Source: Orbicella franksi (taxonomy: Eukaryota). From it: a stretch of DNA of 64,000 nucleotides. Of this stretch, positions 23,801 through 35,709 are shown piece after piece (the first letter of the stretch is position 1; each line of letters starts with the position of its first letter). The stretch spans positions 5,580,001 through 5,644,000 of the forward strand of contig OZ116709.1 in NCBI GenBank assembly GCA_964199315.1. Reading direction: 5' to 3'. Position numbers and translations under genes: made by a program. Below the pieces are notes generated by a model. It was not told the origin of the DNA, ran no database searches, and was given only the letters and a program-made list of their open reading frames with translations.

Positions 23801-26800
23801 AACTAAACAACACCTCCTTGCCGAATATATGGCAACTGTAACAAGGATAACACGTCTTTGCAAACATTGCCAAGTTTCATAGCTCTTATGGGTAGTCAGG
23901 GTAGGTACTTATATAGAGTCACCGCTTGTTCGCTACAGTGTCAGCGCAGTTGTAACTTTGAGTTACGTTTAGTGTACCGAAATATGACGGCGTACTCAAG
24001 AATAGCAATTGTGGATTCTTTTGACTTAGCTGTAGCCTTGAAATAGATGTATAAAAGTATGAATGCTGCTTTCATTTACCAGATCAGTGCCTCATTTCAA
24101 CAAGCAACAGAAATTTCCAACGAAAGCAAAGATCTGGGGAGTGAAGCCTACGGTGATCTTGGAGATTTCTTTTACAATCTTGGTGACTTCAACAAAGCCA
24201 TAAACTACTACAACCTATGTGTTGCTTTGGCCAAAGATGTAGGAAACAAGGCTTTAGAAGGGGCTTTGTACTGCAATCTTGGCAATGCTTATAAAGGTCT
24301 TGGTGATTTCAAAAGAGCCACAGACTACCACAACCTCTCTCTTAGCATTGCAAAAGAAGTGGGATATAAAGCCGGAGAAGCAGCTGCATATGGCAATCTT
24401 GGAAATGCTTTTAACAGTCTTGGCGATTTCAGAAAGGCTATAGATTATCATAGCCGAGATCTCACTATTGTCAAGGAAATGGGTGACAGGGCAGGGGAGA
24501 GAGATGCACATGGAAATCTTGGCATTGCTTATTCCAATCTCGGGGATTTCAAGAAAGCCATAGACCACTACAGCGAACGTCTTGGTATCGCCAAAGATCT
24601 GGGAGACACATCAGGGGAGAGTGACGCTTGCGCTAATCTCGGGATTGCTTTATACCGTCTCGGAAATTCCAAAGCCGCCATAGAATACTTCAACCGTCAT
24701 CTTCGTATTGCCAAAGACGTTGGAGACAAAACTGGGGAGGGGGCTGCATATTGTAATCTTGGCAGTGCCTTTTACAGTCTAAGGGATTTCAGAACAGCCA
24801 TACACTACCATAACCTGCATCTCACTATCGCTAAAGATCTCAAAGACAAGGCTCAGGAAGGACGCGCGTACCGTAATATTGGCCATGATTTTTACGATCT
24901 TGGTGATTTCAAACAAGCCAAGGATTACCACAACCGGCACCTTATTATTGCCAAAGAAGTGGGAGATAAAGCTGGGGAAAATAATGCTTATAGCGATCTT
25001 GGCAATGCCTCTTGCAGTGTAGGCGATTTTAAAGAAGCCATAGACTACCACAATCTTGCACTGAACATTTCCATAGAACTGGAAGACAAGGCTGGGGAAG
25101 GAGCAGCGTATGGCGATCTTGGCAATGCATTTGACGGTCTTGGTGATTTAGAAAAGGCCGTTGAGTACCACAGCCTCCATCTTGGCATTTCTAAAGAACT
25201 AAGAGACAAAAAGGGCGAAGGAACCGCGTATGGCAATCTTGGCAATGCTTTTCTAAGACTCGGTGATGTAACAAAGGCCCTAGATAACCACAATCTACAA
25301 CTTATGGCTGCCAAAGACTTAGGAGACAAATCCAAAGAACAAACCGCGTATAGTAATCTTGGCAATTCTTATCAGTGTCTCGGTAATTTCCAGAAAGCCA
25401 TAGATTATCATAATCGTGCTTTAGATATGGCCAAAGAAGCCGGAGACCGAGCTGGTGAAAAAAGGGCATATATCGGTCTTAGCAATGCTCTCCAGCGTCT
25501 TGGTGATTTCAAAAAAGCCATTGAATACCTCAACCTTTCTCTAAGTATCAGCAAAGACTTAGGAGACAAGCCTGGAGAGGGAGTTGCCTATTGCAATCTT
25601 GGTAATGCTTTTAGCAGTATCGGTGACTTTAAAACGGCCGTAGACTATCTCAAGCGTCAAATTAGCCTTGCCAACGATATTGGGGACAAAGTCGGACAAG
25701 GGGCTGCAAATGGAAATCTTGGAATTGCTTTGACCAATCTCGGTGACTACGAAGAAGCCACAGACTACCTAAACCGTCAACTTACGATTGCCAAAGATGC
25801 GGGACATAAGGGCCAGGAAGGCACTGCATGTGGCAGCCTTGGCAATGTTTATTTCAAACTTGGTGATTTCAAGCAAGCGATGTACTACCATAATCTTCAA
25901 AGTGATATTGCCATAGAAGTGGGCGATAAGGCTATGCTAGCTGTCGCACAAAGCTCCCTCGGCAATGATTTTCAAAGCCTTGGTGATTTCAAAAGCGCCA
26001 TGGAACACCATAACATTGGCCTTAGTATTGCAAAAGAAGTAAATGACGAGTTATTGGAAGGCCAACTCAATCATGCACTAGGCTACAGCTTTGAATTACT
26101 CTGCAATTTCCCTGAGGCTGTAAAGCATTACCAGGCAAGTGTACGATTGTTAAACAATGTGAGAAGTCTTCTCCAGTCTCGAGATAGATGGAAAATTAGT
26201 TTTCGACAAGAATGCAACATCAGTTACACGAGTTTATGGCGAGTTCTCTTGAAACAAGACAGGATGGCTGAAGCCTTGTTTGCTGCCGAGAGAGGGCGAG
26301 CCCAATCTCTTTCTGATCTTTTGAGATTCCAGTATCGTATGGCAATAAGTCCATCGAAGGCGTATGAAAATGAAGAGCACGATGGGGATATGCTCAATTA
26401 CATTCCATCTAGCACAATTTTTGCAGCTGTTGGTGATGGTACGATAAATTTATGGGTCCTGTTTGAAGAAAGGAAAGTTCATTTTAGGCAAAAGGAACTT
26501 GACGATCCCTTTGCATTGGATGATACAAATGCCTCTTTGATCTCGTTAATTAAAACTGCTCACCGAAACATCCGTGTTGGTCAAGTTGGTGAGGTAATCC
26601 CAGACTCTTCCTCGGGAGAGGATAGTTCTTTGAGCACTTTGTACACAATCCTCATCAAACCAATTGAAGACCTGGTTCAAGGTGACGAGCTGATCATTGT
26701 CCCGGATGGTCCACTTTGGTTAGCTCCTTATGCTGCATTCCTGGGCAATGATTCCAGGTATCTTTGCGAATCCTTTCGAATCCGACTGATTCCTTCGCTG

Positions 26801-27496
26801 ACCAGTATGAAAATGATCATGGACTGCTCAAGCGAATACCACAGTAACAGAGGTGCATTACTTGTGGGAGATCCGTGGGTAGAGGAAGTTACTAACAGGA
26901 AAGGAAAGAAACTGTTAAAACAACTCCAATTTGCGAAACAAGAAGTTGAAATGATTGGGCAGATTCTCAACGTAAAGCCTCTCACAGGGAAAGACGCAAC
27001 AAAGAGTGAGGTCTTAAAAGAACTAAACTCAGTTGCTTTGGTTCACTTTGCAGCTCATGGGCGCATGGAAACTGGTGAAATAGCCCTAACTCCCGACCCG
27101 AAGCGAGCATCCCGAATCCCCACAGAGGAAGATTATATTTTGACAATAGCAGATGTGCTGAGTGTTCAAATGCGAGCAAGACTGGTTGTGCTTAGTTGTT
27201 GTCACAGTGGTCAAGGAGAGATCAAAGCTGAAGGCGTGGTCGGTATTGCACGTGCCTTTATGGGTGCTGGCGCTCGTTCCGTTCTGGTCTCACTCTGGGC
27301 GATCGATGATGAGGCCACGCTAGAGTTTATGAGAAGTTTCTATCATCGCCTTGTGGAAGGGAGAAGTGCAAGCGAGTCCCTAAAACTGGCCATGAAATGT
27401 CTCAGAGAGTCTGAAAAGTACAGTGATGTAAAATACTGGGCGCCTTTTGTACTTGTTGGTGATGACGTCACTCTGGAATTTGATGAAAAGGAATGA
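20834..27496 (+). CDS. TTC4-like TPR + 17x TPR + CHAT (caspase-like peptidase) protein, TTC28-like family, ~1315 aa
   Basis: Exons 20834-20927, 21267-21428, 21778-21855, 22303-22370, 22704-22835, 24083-27496(TGA), phases consistent. The N-module (NEGN...AIYFYTEGI...[13 protein letters not shown]...KTIERGA) is a TTC4/Cns1-type TPR triplet. The last exon (ORF 24047..27496) has 17 40-aa GE..AYGNLG.A...LGDF..AI.YH repeats, then CHAT motifs [44 protein letters not shown]. Confidence 0.93.
22371..22703 (+). other. U12-type (minor spliceosome) GT-AG intron in the TPR-CHAT gene
   Basis: 5' site GTATCCTTT is the full U12 consensus. Branch-like TTCCTAAAC (22686-22694) lies 9 nt from the AG, and there is no polypyrimidine tract. 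Confidence 0.8.
22918..23075. mobile_element. MITE, homologous to 31332-31483 in opposite orientation
   Basis: CACATGACGTC..GGCAGCCATATTGGTGTT...AATGAAACGGCGGCCAT...CACGTGAGTGAA matches the reverse complement of the 31332 copy. Confidence 0.7.
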
Positions 27497-29343
27497 AACA
27501 TTTATTTGATTGTGAGTATTGTGAGCTGAATCCATGCTTCTTCCCACTAATTTAAGGGCGAGATTTTAGGATTAAGTAAATTTAAGACTGCCAAGCCTAG
27601 GGTAAGTCATGACGTCAAAAATTGGATTGACTGGAATCGATAAGTAATCTTGTGTCTTTTTTTTATCGATAGTCATAGCGTTTGTAGATCCCATTTATCA
27701 CTGCAGACGATGTTCAAGAGAGGTCTTCAAAAAATAGTGACTCAGTCTTTTATCCTATTCAGGCCACAGGTTGTTTTAGTAACGGACCAAGGGGTAGGGG
27801 GAGGGGTTGTCCCCATCAATTCAGGAGTGATAAAATAATTTAGAAATGCTTAAATTACGGCAAAAAATAATTAAACATTTGGACAACCCAAACAACTGGT
27901 CAATATATAGTCAAGTAATTTTCTCAGTGAACGTTTGATAGTAAGTCACTTCCTAGAGTAACACTTCTTATGATGAACAAATGCTAAGGGGTGCTTTATT
28001 AAAAGCATATTGTTAAAAATTTGTATTGCCTCAAATTAAGCTACTTTGACGGTGGCCACCATTGCTGTCTTCGTCCAGGAACATTGCACTTGTTTACAAT
28101 CTTTGTGGATTGATTTTACTATAACTTGAATGACTCCTGTTGTTAGTCTTGAAGAAAAGAATTCATAAGCCAGTTTTACAAGTTTTGAAACACAAGGCGA
28201 AGTAAAGCACTCTGATAAATTTAATTGGGGTTTTACAGACGATTTATTGGCATTTAGCTCAGGGTTGCATAACACGAAAATATGAGGCCTCAATATGCTA
28301 ATCTAATGCAGGCATCCTCCCAACATTTTCTGTCAGGTTACGCTGGCAATTTACCGATAACCATTGATGAGTGCGGTGGAAACAGACACTGTGAAATTAA
28401 AGTGGTAACTTGATCCCAATGCTCCAAATGGTCGAACCCAAACTTCTCGATACGGAGTTGAATTCAGCGCGTTACCATCACGCAACCAGTTATTCCACAA
28501 GTCTTTTGTATAGTATCAATTTTCAAAGCTTTTAGATTTTGTCTATTTTATCTTTATCCCAGCAGTTAATTAATAAAAATATATATATAAGCAAATAATC
28601 CAAAAATTACCAAAGGTTCCTTTCTAAATTAACCTATTGGTTGTTGTTTTTTTTCTTGTTTTTGTTTTCCGGAGGCCTGTATTTACGACTCTTGTTCGCA
28701 TCAATTTATGAATACGTGACATGAAAGTAATACCTCGTCAATGAGCTTCACAGTTGTCATCAGAGCTGTTGAATCTGGACTGGACTGTTTGTTCGACTAA
28801 CCAATAACTTCATTCTTTCACAGCTTCAGGGCACTCAGTGTATATACCGTAAACTTGCGAAAGTAACGACTCCCCGAAAGTAGCGAACCCGGAAAGCAAC
28901 GTCAAAAAGTTGTGGCCGCTAATAAATTCTGAAAGTAGTGGCCTTCCACCCACCCCCCTTTCATGGCGACATTTAGTTACGAGTTCAGATTTTTTGCTTA
29001 GTAAGGAAACAGCGAGCGGTCAAGATGCACAGATTTCACATAGACACAGATTGTAAGAGGAAGGATTGATTATCGCTTAGTGCGTGAAAGTCAAGTTACA
29101 TTTACTCTCTGTCTTTATATTGTTATTTTACTCTGCATGTTATTCGTAGAGCACTCTCAGGATAAGTGAAACAAGTTATTCATTAATTGTTTATCCGTTT
29201 ATAAGAAATAGTATACACTGTATTATAGCTCTTGTTAACATCTTATCATTGTTTTTGTTTTTTTTGCTAGCCAGTCAAAGCGCATTAAAATTGCTATCAG
29301 AGTGCACGTGGTTCGTACGGGAAAAATCTGGCCCTGGCTATTT

Positions 29344-29414
29344 AATAATTAGACCCGTAGCCCGCAAGGGCTACAGGTCAATAGCCCATGAGGCGAAGCC
29401 GAATGGCTATTGAC

Positions 29415-29448
<34 letters not shown>

Positions 29449-29604
29449 TAGTATCACCCAACTAGTCGGACAGAAAAGGTAATAATAAAGTTAGCAAATG
29501 CAAGTTGAAGAAATATTTATTTGGGAATAAAACGAAAGAAAGCGTCATGCTCGATGGCGCCAATTTCGCTACTAGAGGACTATTACTAATAGTCCCCTAG
29601 TAGC

Positions 29605-29642
<38 letters not shown>

Positions 29643-29656
29643 GTTGGGTGATACTT
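29344..29656. mobile_element. Bipartite palindromic repeat
   Basis: Hairpin AATTAGACCC...GGGTCTAATT followed by a tail bounded by AGTATCACCCAACTAGT / ACTAGTTGGGTGATACT, with AGCCAATCA. Confidence 0.85.
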
Positions 29657-30164
29657 ATAGACATTAGAAGCCACCCATTAATTTTGGCGCGATTTTATTG
29701 GTTACTTTACGTCACGTGGTGAAAACTCACAGGACAGTTAGCGCGCGATAACCCCCGCCTGCTTCGATATTTGTCCACCGATGGCTTCCGTCGAAGAGAA
29801 ACACGGTCAGCACAAGAGTTTCAAATTTTCCTTTCTCTTATTTTACATGGAAGGAAACCAAACTCGCTTTGTTGAGTGCAGCGATAGAGACATTAAATAG
29901 CTGGTCGCAAATGCTGTTCCGGAAAGTACATCAAGTTTTTGGGTTTTTGATCTAAGGGGCGTTACGATAGTTAATTTCACAGGGCAGCTTGTTAAGTTTT
30001 GGTCCAATCACAGTGGAAATTAAGTCAGTTAAACCAATCAAATGTACTTGCTTGCTTAGGTCAATCACGCGCATTTACCATCAGATCACCACTGGCTTTT
30101 TTACCATGTTTACGAGCGGTTTAATTGTGATATGAAAATTAATGGGAGTGTTATAAAATAAATA

Positions 30165-30340
30165 AACCCCTTTCTGGTTTGCAGCTATGTCGGCTGATAA
30201 TGTCCTTGGCTGAGAGATTGTCCTCAAAATTTCACATTTGCCCTCGAAGCTTCGCTTCTCGGCCAAATATTCATTTTTCGGACAAATTCTCAGCCGCGGA
30301 CATTATCAGCAGACATACCAGCCGCCTGAAGAGGTTTAAT
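30165..30340. mobile_element. Palindromic repeat
   Basis: TATGTCGGCTGATAATGTCC..GGCTGAGA / TCTCAGCC..GGACATTATCAGCAGACATA inverted arms. Confidence 0.7.
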
Positions 30341-30406
30341 TACTAAATAATTTTGCCAATATTCTTGCCTCATAATAAATCGAATTCTGACTTACGATGA
30401 GTAGGC

Positions 30407-30408
<2 letters not shown>

Positions 30409-30456
<48 letters not shown>
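30409..30456. repeat. (AG)24 microsatellite
   Basis: Direct reading. Confidence 0.97.
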
Positions 30457-30458
<2 letters not shown>

Positions 30459-31331
30459 CCGTTTCTGGTCACTATTTAGCTGGAGGTGGGACGCGCTGAT
30501 TTCAAACCTATAGTAATCCACCTCAGTGATTTTCCCTTAATTTTGGTGAGTCACTTGTTTGGGCAAGTAACATTAGTGTTTGTGTGGGAACCCTTGCGTA
30601 GATGTTATGGAGATTTTATTCTAATCTTTTCGGTGAGCTGTTCTGATATTTCTGACAAATTTGTAGACTGTAAGATGACGGATATCAGCTAGCAGACATT
30701 TTGAAATGTGACGTCATTCAATGTGATATGACGTCATGACTGATATGAGGCTAGCATTTTTCAAGGGCGGGTTGCTAAGCTAAGCTAGGCCAGAGCTGCT
30801 GTGTTGAGAGGTAAACATGGCGGCTTATTATTTTGAATGATCCGTTTATTCCGAAGACAGCACTTCATGTCCGGCACCTTCAAGGATTTAAGAATTTAGG
30901 AAAACGAGTTATAACAACCTTGGACCAAACCCTGTTTAATTAATGGCTTCAAAGGTGATAAAAACTCGCAAACAACGGTTTCGTAGGTGTATCTATGAGC
31001 CGGCGTTGTTCTGTCAGATCAAGGCTTTCCTTAGAATAGACCTGAGCTACAAATTCCAGATGACAACACAGATGAAATCACAAAGGTACCCGATAATTTT
31101 TTTTGTTTCATTTGCAGTTGATATTCCTAATGGTAAATGGTACGATCAACTGCTATGTTACTAATTACTAACAGTGTTGCACGACTCCTACACACGGTAC
31201 AATTCAAGCGAGTACTTGGGTGTGTGGTCCAAATTTACTATGTTTTAGCTAAATAATTTGTAAGTCCTTCATAGTGACCTCTGGAAATCATACCTAAACA
31301 AGTATACTCCTCAGGTCTAGTGGATGACGTA

Positions 31332-31483
31332 TAGAGCTTTTTCACTCACGTGGTCACCACCCATGCAAATGTTTTGAAACAAAGTGAAGTGTTTAAAAAA
31401 AGAGTTCAACTCCCAACATGGCCGCCGTTTCACTGTTTAGAAACACTAATTTGACTGCCGTGACGTCATGTGAAAACGCTCTA
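31332..31483. mobile_element. MITE with TAGAGCxTTTTCAC TIRs
   Basis: TAGAGCTTTTTCACTCACGTG ... CATGTGAAAACGCTCTA. Confidence 0.8.
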
Positions 31484-31507
31484 CATTCATTCGCATGGTG
31501 CAACCTC

Positions 31508-31856
31508 CAGGGGGAGGGACTCTCACATAAAAAGAACGGGGTTGCTCGTCGGAAATTTTGAAAATAACTCCTAAGATTTACCAAGATCCTGTTTTGTGGA
31601 CGTGGCTTGAATTTTTCCTTTCTTTTCTTTTTCTTTTTCTTTTTTTTTTTTCCACCTCTAAAAGGTACCAATTCTAAAACAACGCGAGTTAGCTCGTGTC
31701 ATATCTTTTTTCGGTTCAATACCCTAAAAGGGACCGCAAAAAGTTCCCGCTGTGGACCTTTTGAGGTTGAACACCCTAAGAGCTACCAAAACCACTTTTT
31801 TAATCACTTAAAGGTACGACATGCACCCCGTCTTTTATTAGATGGGAGTCCCGGGG
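31508..31856. mobile_element. GGG/CCC-ended MITE
   Basis: GGGGGAGGGACTCTCACATAAAAAGAACGGGGTTGC ... GCACCCCGTCTTTTATTAGATGGGAGTCCCGGGG inverted sub-terminal match. Confidence 0.6.
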
Positions 31857-34682
31857 TGTAACAATGCAAACTCGCTCATTTTCTCTGTGGGTCTTCTATT
31901 GAATCTTCTCTCACATGCAGGGTCAACTCAGATAGGATCAGTGAAATGTATACGTGCAGAAAAACGTTCAGTAAAGTATCACGCGGACGTGACTAAATGA
32001 ACTAATGAGTGGTGATGATAAAGCTAAGCCCATTAATGAGTTCCAGATTTGAAAGGAATGTCGTAATAAAAGCGCTGGCGCCGTCTAACTCGATCCTACT
32101 CATTTATGATAACTAAGGAAAAATTTTACTGATTATTTCAGTAATTTAATGCTGAGCTCTCCCCAAAGACGACCGCACACGTCCAACAAAGCCAAACTTA
32201 ACATCAAGGAATGAGAGAAAACAAGATCCAAGTAAGGTAGAGTACAAACAGGGTCTGATTCTTAACTTATATTCTGGGCAAAAGGTTTGGAGCAACTAAT
32301 TGCCTTTTTAATGACAGCTGTGTTTTCCGTCAGTTAAGCTTTTCTAAGCTGTCACTGTTAGAGTAAAACCACAACAAAGGCAATTCTTCAATCTGGCCGG
32401 CTGCAAATGGCGCTGGATTTCTCATATAATATCCGTTGACAGACTACTGAAGTAGGGACTGGCCGGCAAGGTTTTAATGACTGATCGTAACGACTTTCAG
32501 ACCAAGAATCCCTAAGAACGATGTTGTTTTTTCTTGAAAAACAAACAAGGTCTCACATCGCTCGGTCGATACGGCAAGGTCTTCGGTTTGAGATTTTCCC
32601 GTCAAGACCGAACGCTCGGTTATTAATAAGTAGTTGATAACATTACGATAACCAGAAAATCTCCAAACTAGTTACGTGTGTTGAAGAATGGGTATAAACA
32701 AAACAGGTATGTGCTTTTGTGCTGTTAGGGATTCAGCAAGGTTTTTTCACGAAGTGTACACGCAGAACGGGTCGGTGCACATAATGCTACCTTGGCATTG
32801 TTGAACGTCTTACAGACTGGACCATGATCATAGACAGGTGATGACTATGAAAAGAGTTTTCATTGTCATCAGTTATAAGTTATATCTCAAGTTTTTTAAA
32901 CATGTTATTTTTTACATTTGTCAACAATTAAAGGTTAACGGCAGTGCATGCAGGATCACGGTTTGCGGTTTTTGGTTTGTACACTGTGATGAGATCTGAC
33001 GAAATAAAACCGTTCCTTTCCTTCTCTCGTTCGCACCACTGCCACTCGATCACGAAGAAATCAATTACAGAGTTCTTATTTTCCTAGTAGAAATGGCCAA
33101 CCTAACGTGTTCTACAAACCAGTCGAGGTTCAGCGGGGAATTTAAGTGTAGCCAGAAGAATTGATTTCTAACCAGAGCACATTTGAGACAAACTATTAAC
33201 AGCACATTTGGTTGCAGGGTACTGTGAGTGTGCCCAAGTGATTGTAGAGTAGAATCAAGCGATCTTCCATGGGACACGATACAGCTACCCAGGTACAAGA
33301 CCACTGAATGTTAAATATGTCATCTCGAGATATAGTAAGGGAAATGATTGGGTCAGTTCTTTAAGGAACATGAAGTGTTAGAAATATTAAAACTAAACAT
33401 GTTTTGCCGGATACCGACTTATTAGAAATAGCATGTGTCGGTAGTAGGTTTGAATCACCAATATGGACAACAAGAACTTTTTTTTTTCTGACGACTAGTA
33501 ATCGTTCTTTTCAGATAAACGCCTGTTTCTCCAAATTTCTCCAAGTGCCTTGAAACTTAAACCTGACATCCAGTCCTTTTGTAGGGAAATGGGATTGCTA
33601 GAGTGGATCCGATGATAAACCTGTGTGTTGTTTAACAGAGAGGCTAAAAGGACCATCTCCTACCCTCTTTTTGATACATTTTCTATCGAAATCGGATAAG
33701 GGCGTGGTTTTTGTCAGGTGCTTAAAATAAGACTGTCAAAAAATTATGAAATGTTAACTGTAAGCCCCATTATCATCGACTGGAGATTACAGGGTTAAGC
33801 AAGGGCCTCCAAACCAGACTTGCGTTTTCCTAAAGTTCTCACGCTATTGCAATCATAATCAATTGCTAAGATATTTATCTGCAAGGATGGTCAAATGTTA
33901 TCATTATCTCATGCACCACCACTGTAAGTTTACAATGCTACAATGTTATTTGTGCCGTTGGTAGATTGCGCGCATAGCATTAGCACTGATAAAGTTAACC
34001 TCGACTTAGAATTCGGCAGATAAAGCTTGACTTGGACCTCTGATAAAAATCTAGAACCTTCGTTCCGAAATATCCTGTTTTCTTCTAAACAGGCCAACCC
34101 TCTTTTTACTTCTCTTTAGGAGCATGGCCTTTCAAGCTCTTTCAGGGTCAGAAACTAGGTATTACTAGCTTTTTACCGTTCAAATTAAATTTGTAAGCGC
34201 TGGCTTCCAATTTGTTTGTAAAGCCCTGGAGATTTCCTGCTAAATTCAAGGGCTGGATCAGAGCTATTTTTGGTGTGCCGTCGGTGACTCCTGCCGTGCC
34301 ATTTTGCAATTATAAGTTAAACGTTAAATGAGATGGAAATAATGAAAACAAATTAAAATTGATTCAACCTCATAACTTACAGTTAAAAATAGGTATGTGT
34401 GCACGTTTTCATGCAAACTGCCATCAAATTGACTCAGACTTTCGTAGCCTGAAATGTTTATTTTGTTTGAAATGGAAGGAGAAGGGCGACTGAATAACGC
34501 GCACGTGTAATAAATCGACGAAATCTGGGCCCTATAACACTAATCAAAGAGATTGCAAGTATTACGGGAGGACTTTTTCTGGTGTACAAATAATTGACCC
34601 AAAACGGGATACTTATTAATTTCAATCCCTTGCAGCTAAATGCTCAGTTTTAACAAGAGCGCTCGCCAACGAATTCTCGGTA

Positions 34683-35138
34683 TAGTCGAACCTCTCCATA
34701 CGGACACCTCTCTTATACGGACAGTTTCCTATGTATCGACAAAATTCTCATACATTTCCTCAATAATACGGACCCTCTCTAAAACGGACAACGGACACTA
34801 AATCCCGGCCCTGGGGAGCAAATTCATACAAATTTAACCGCTTTATTACGGACACTCCGGGGACCAAGTGTCGATATTTTGCGGTGTGTGCCATTTCCTG
34901 TCCAAAATTTGTTTGTGCAGCATATAACGGAGAAGTACAATAAAGTCAATCAATTTAGATTAAAAAATTCACAAGACCCCTGACTCACTTTTGGGCCTGA
35001 TTTAGTTACTTAACACTCTAAACTGTCAGAAGAGACTTAATAGTGACGTCATCATAGTGACCTCTCCAATACGGACACCTCTCTGATACGGACACTTCAC
35101 TCTGTCCCTTCGGTGTCCGTATTAGAGAGTTTCGACTG
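34683..35138. mobile_element. Tc1/pogo-like MITE with TA TSD, ~570 bp upstream of the MAM gene ATG
   Basis: TA|TAGTCGAACCTCTC ... GAGAGTTTCGACTG|TA, with multiple internal TACGGACAC sub-terminal repeats. Confidence 0.8.
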
Positions 35139-35709
35139 TATTCCAATTCTGTCTATCGTTTGAAAACCCACTGTATTTGAAGCCACGATTTCGTCCAACT
35201 TAATAACAGTGTGTAACAGTATCGCCTAAAACGGTGACCTCGTAGCCCTCTTAAATTTGGAAGACTGCCTTAGTTGGCGGGACTTACCAGATTTACACAG
35301 CGTGTGTCAAGAGCGTTCGATTATAGATCTACAGCTGTATGACCTCCTTGAGCCTCTATATTTCTGCTTGGATAGCTGATACATATTACAATATTATATT
35401 TATCCAACCTTACCAAGGTTATATAAACAGTATGTAGTGGCGTGGATTATTGGAAGTAACGTGTTTGGGTTGCTTAAGGGTTCCAGTTAGCTTTGACAAC
35501 ACATCCTTTTTCTGACGCTTTATGGAATGATCGTGTAGGGCTCGTAAATGCAGTACCGCCCACTGATTGACAGTCACCCATACTTAAGATTCCAGGGCGC
35601 CACACTCACGGTACATAAACAAAACAGACCGGCAGCACTAGGAAGGGATTAATAGTTGTTTATTCCACCGCAGCAAACGTGCTTGAGTTCCAACACAGCT
35701 TTTCTCGCC

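Noticed and set aside
24140-26100. 120-nt periodic GGCAATCTTGGCAATGC-type repeats resembling a CRISPR array
   Set aside because: They are in-frame codons of the TPR consensus (GNLGNA), and the spacers are homologous coding sequence.
24254-27179. Minus-strand ORFs over the TPR-CHAT exon
   Set aside because: By-products of the repetitive sense codons.
24047-27496. Bacterial contamination as the source of the long intronless TPR-CHAT ORF
   Set aside because: It has a proper acceptor at 24082, joins five spliced exons in frame and sits among host repeats. Ancient HGT remains open; contamination does not.
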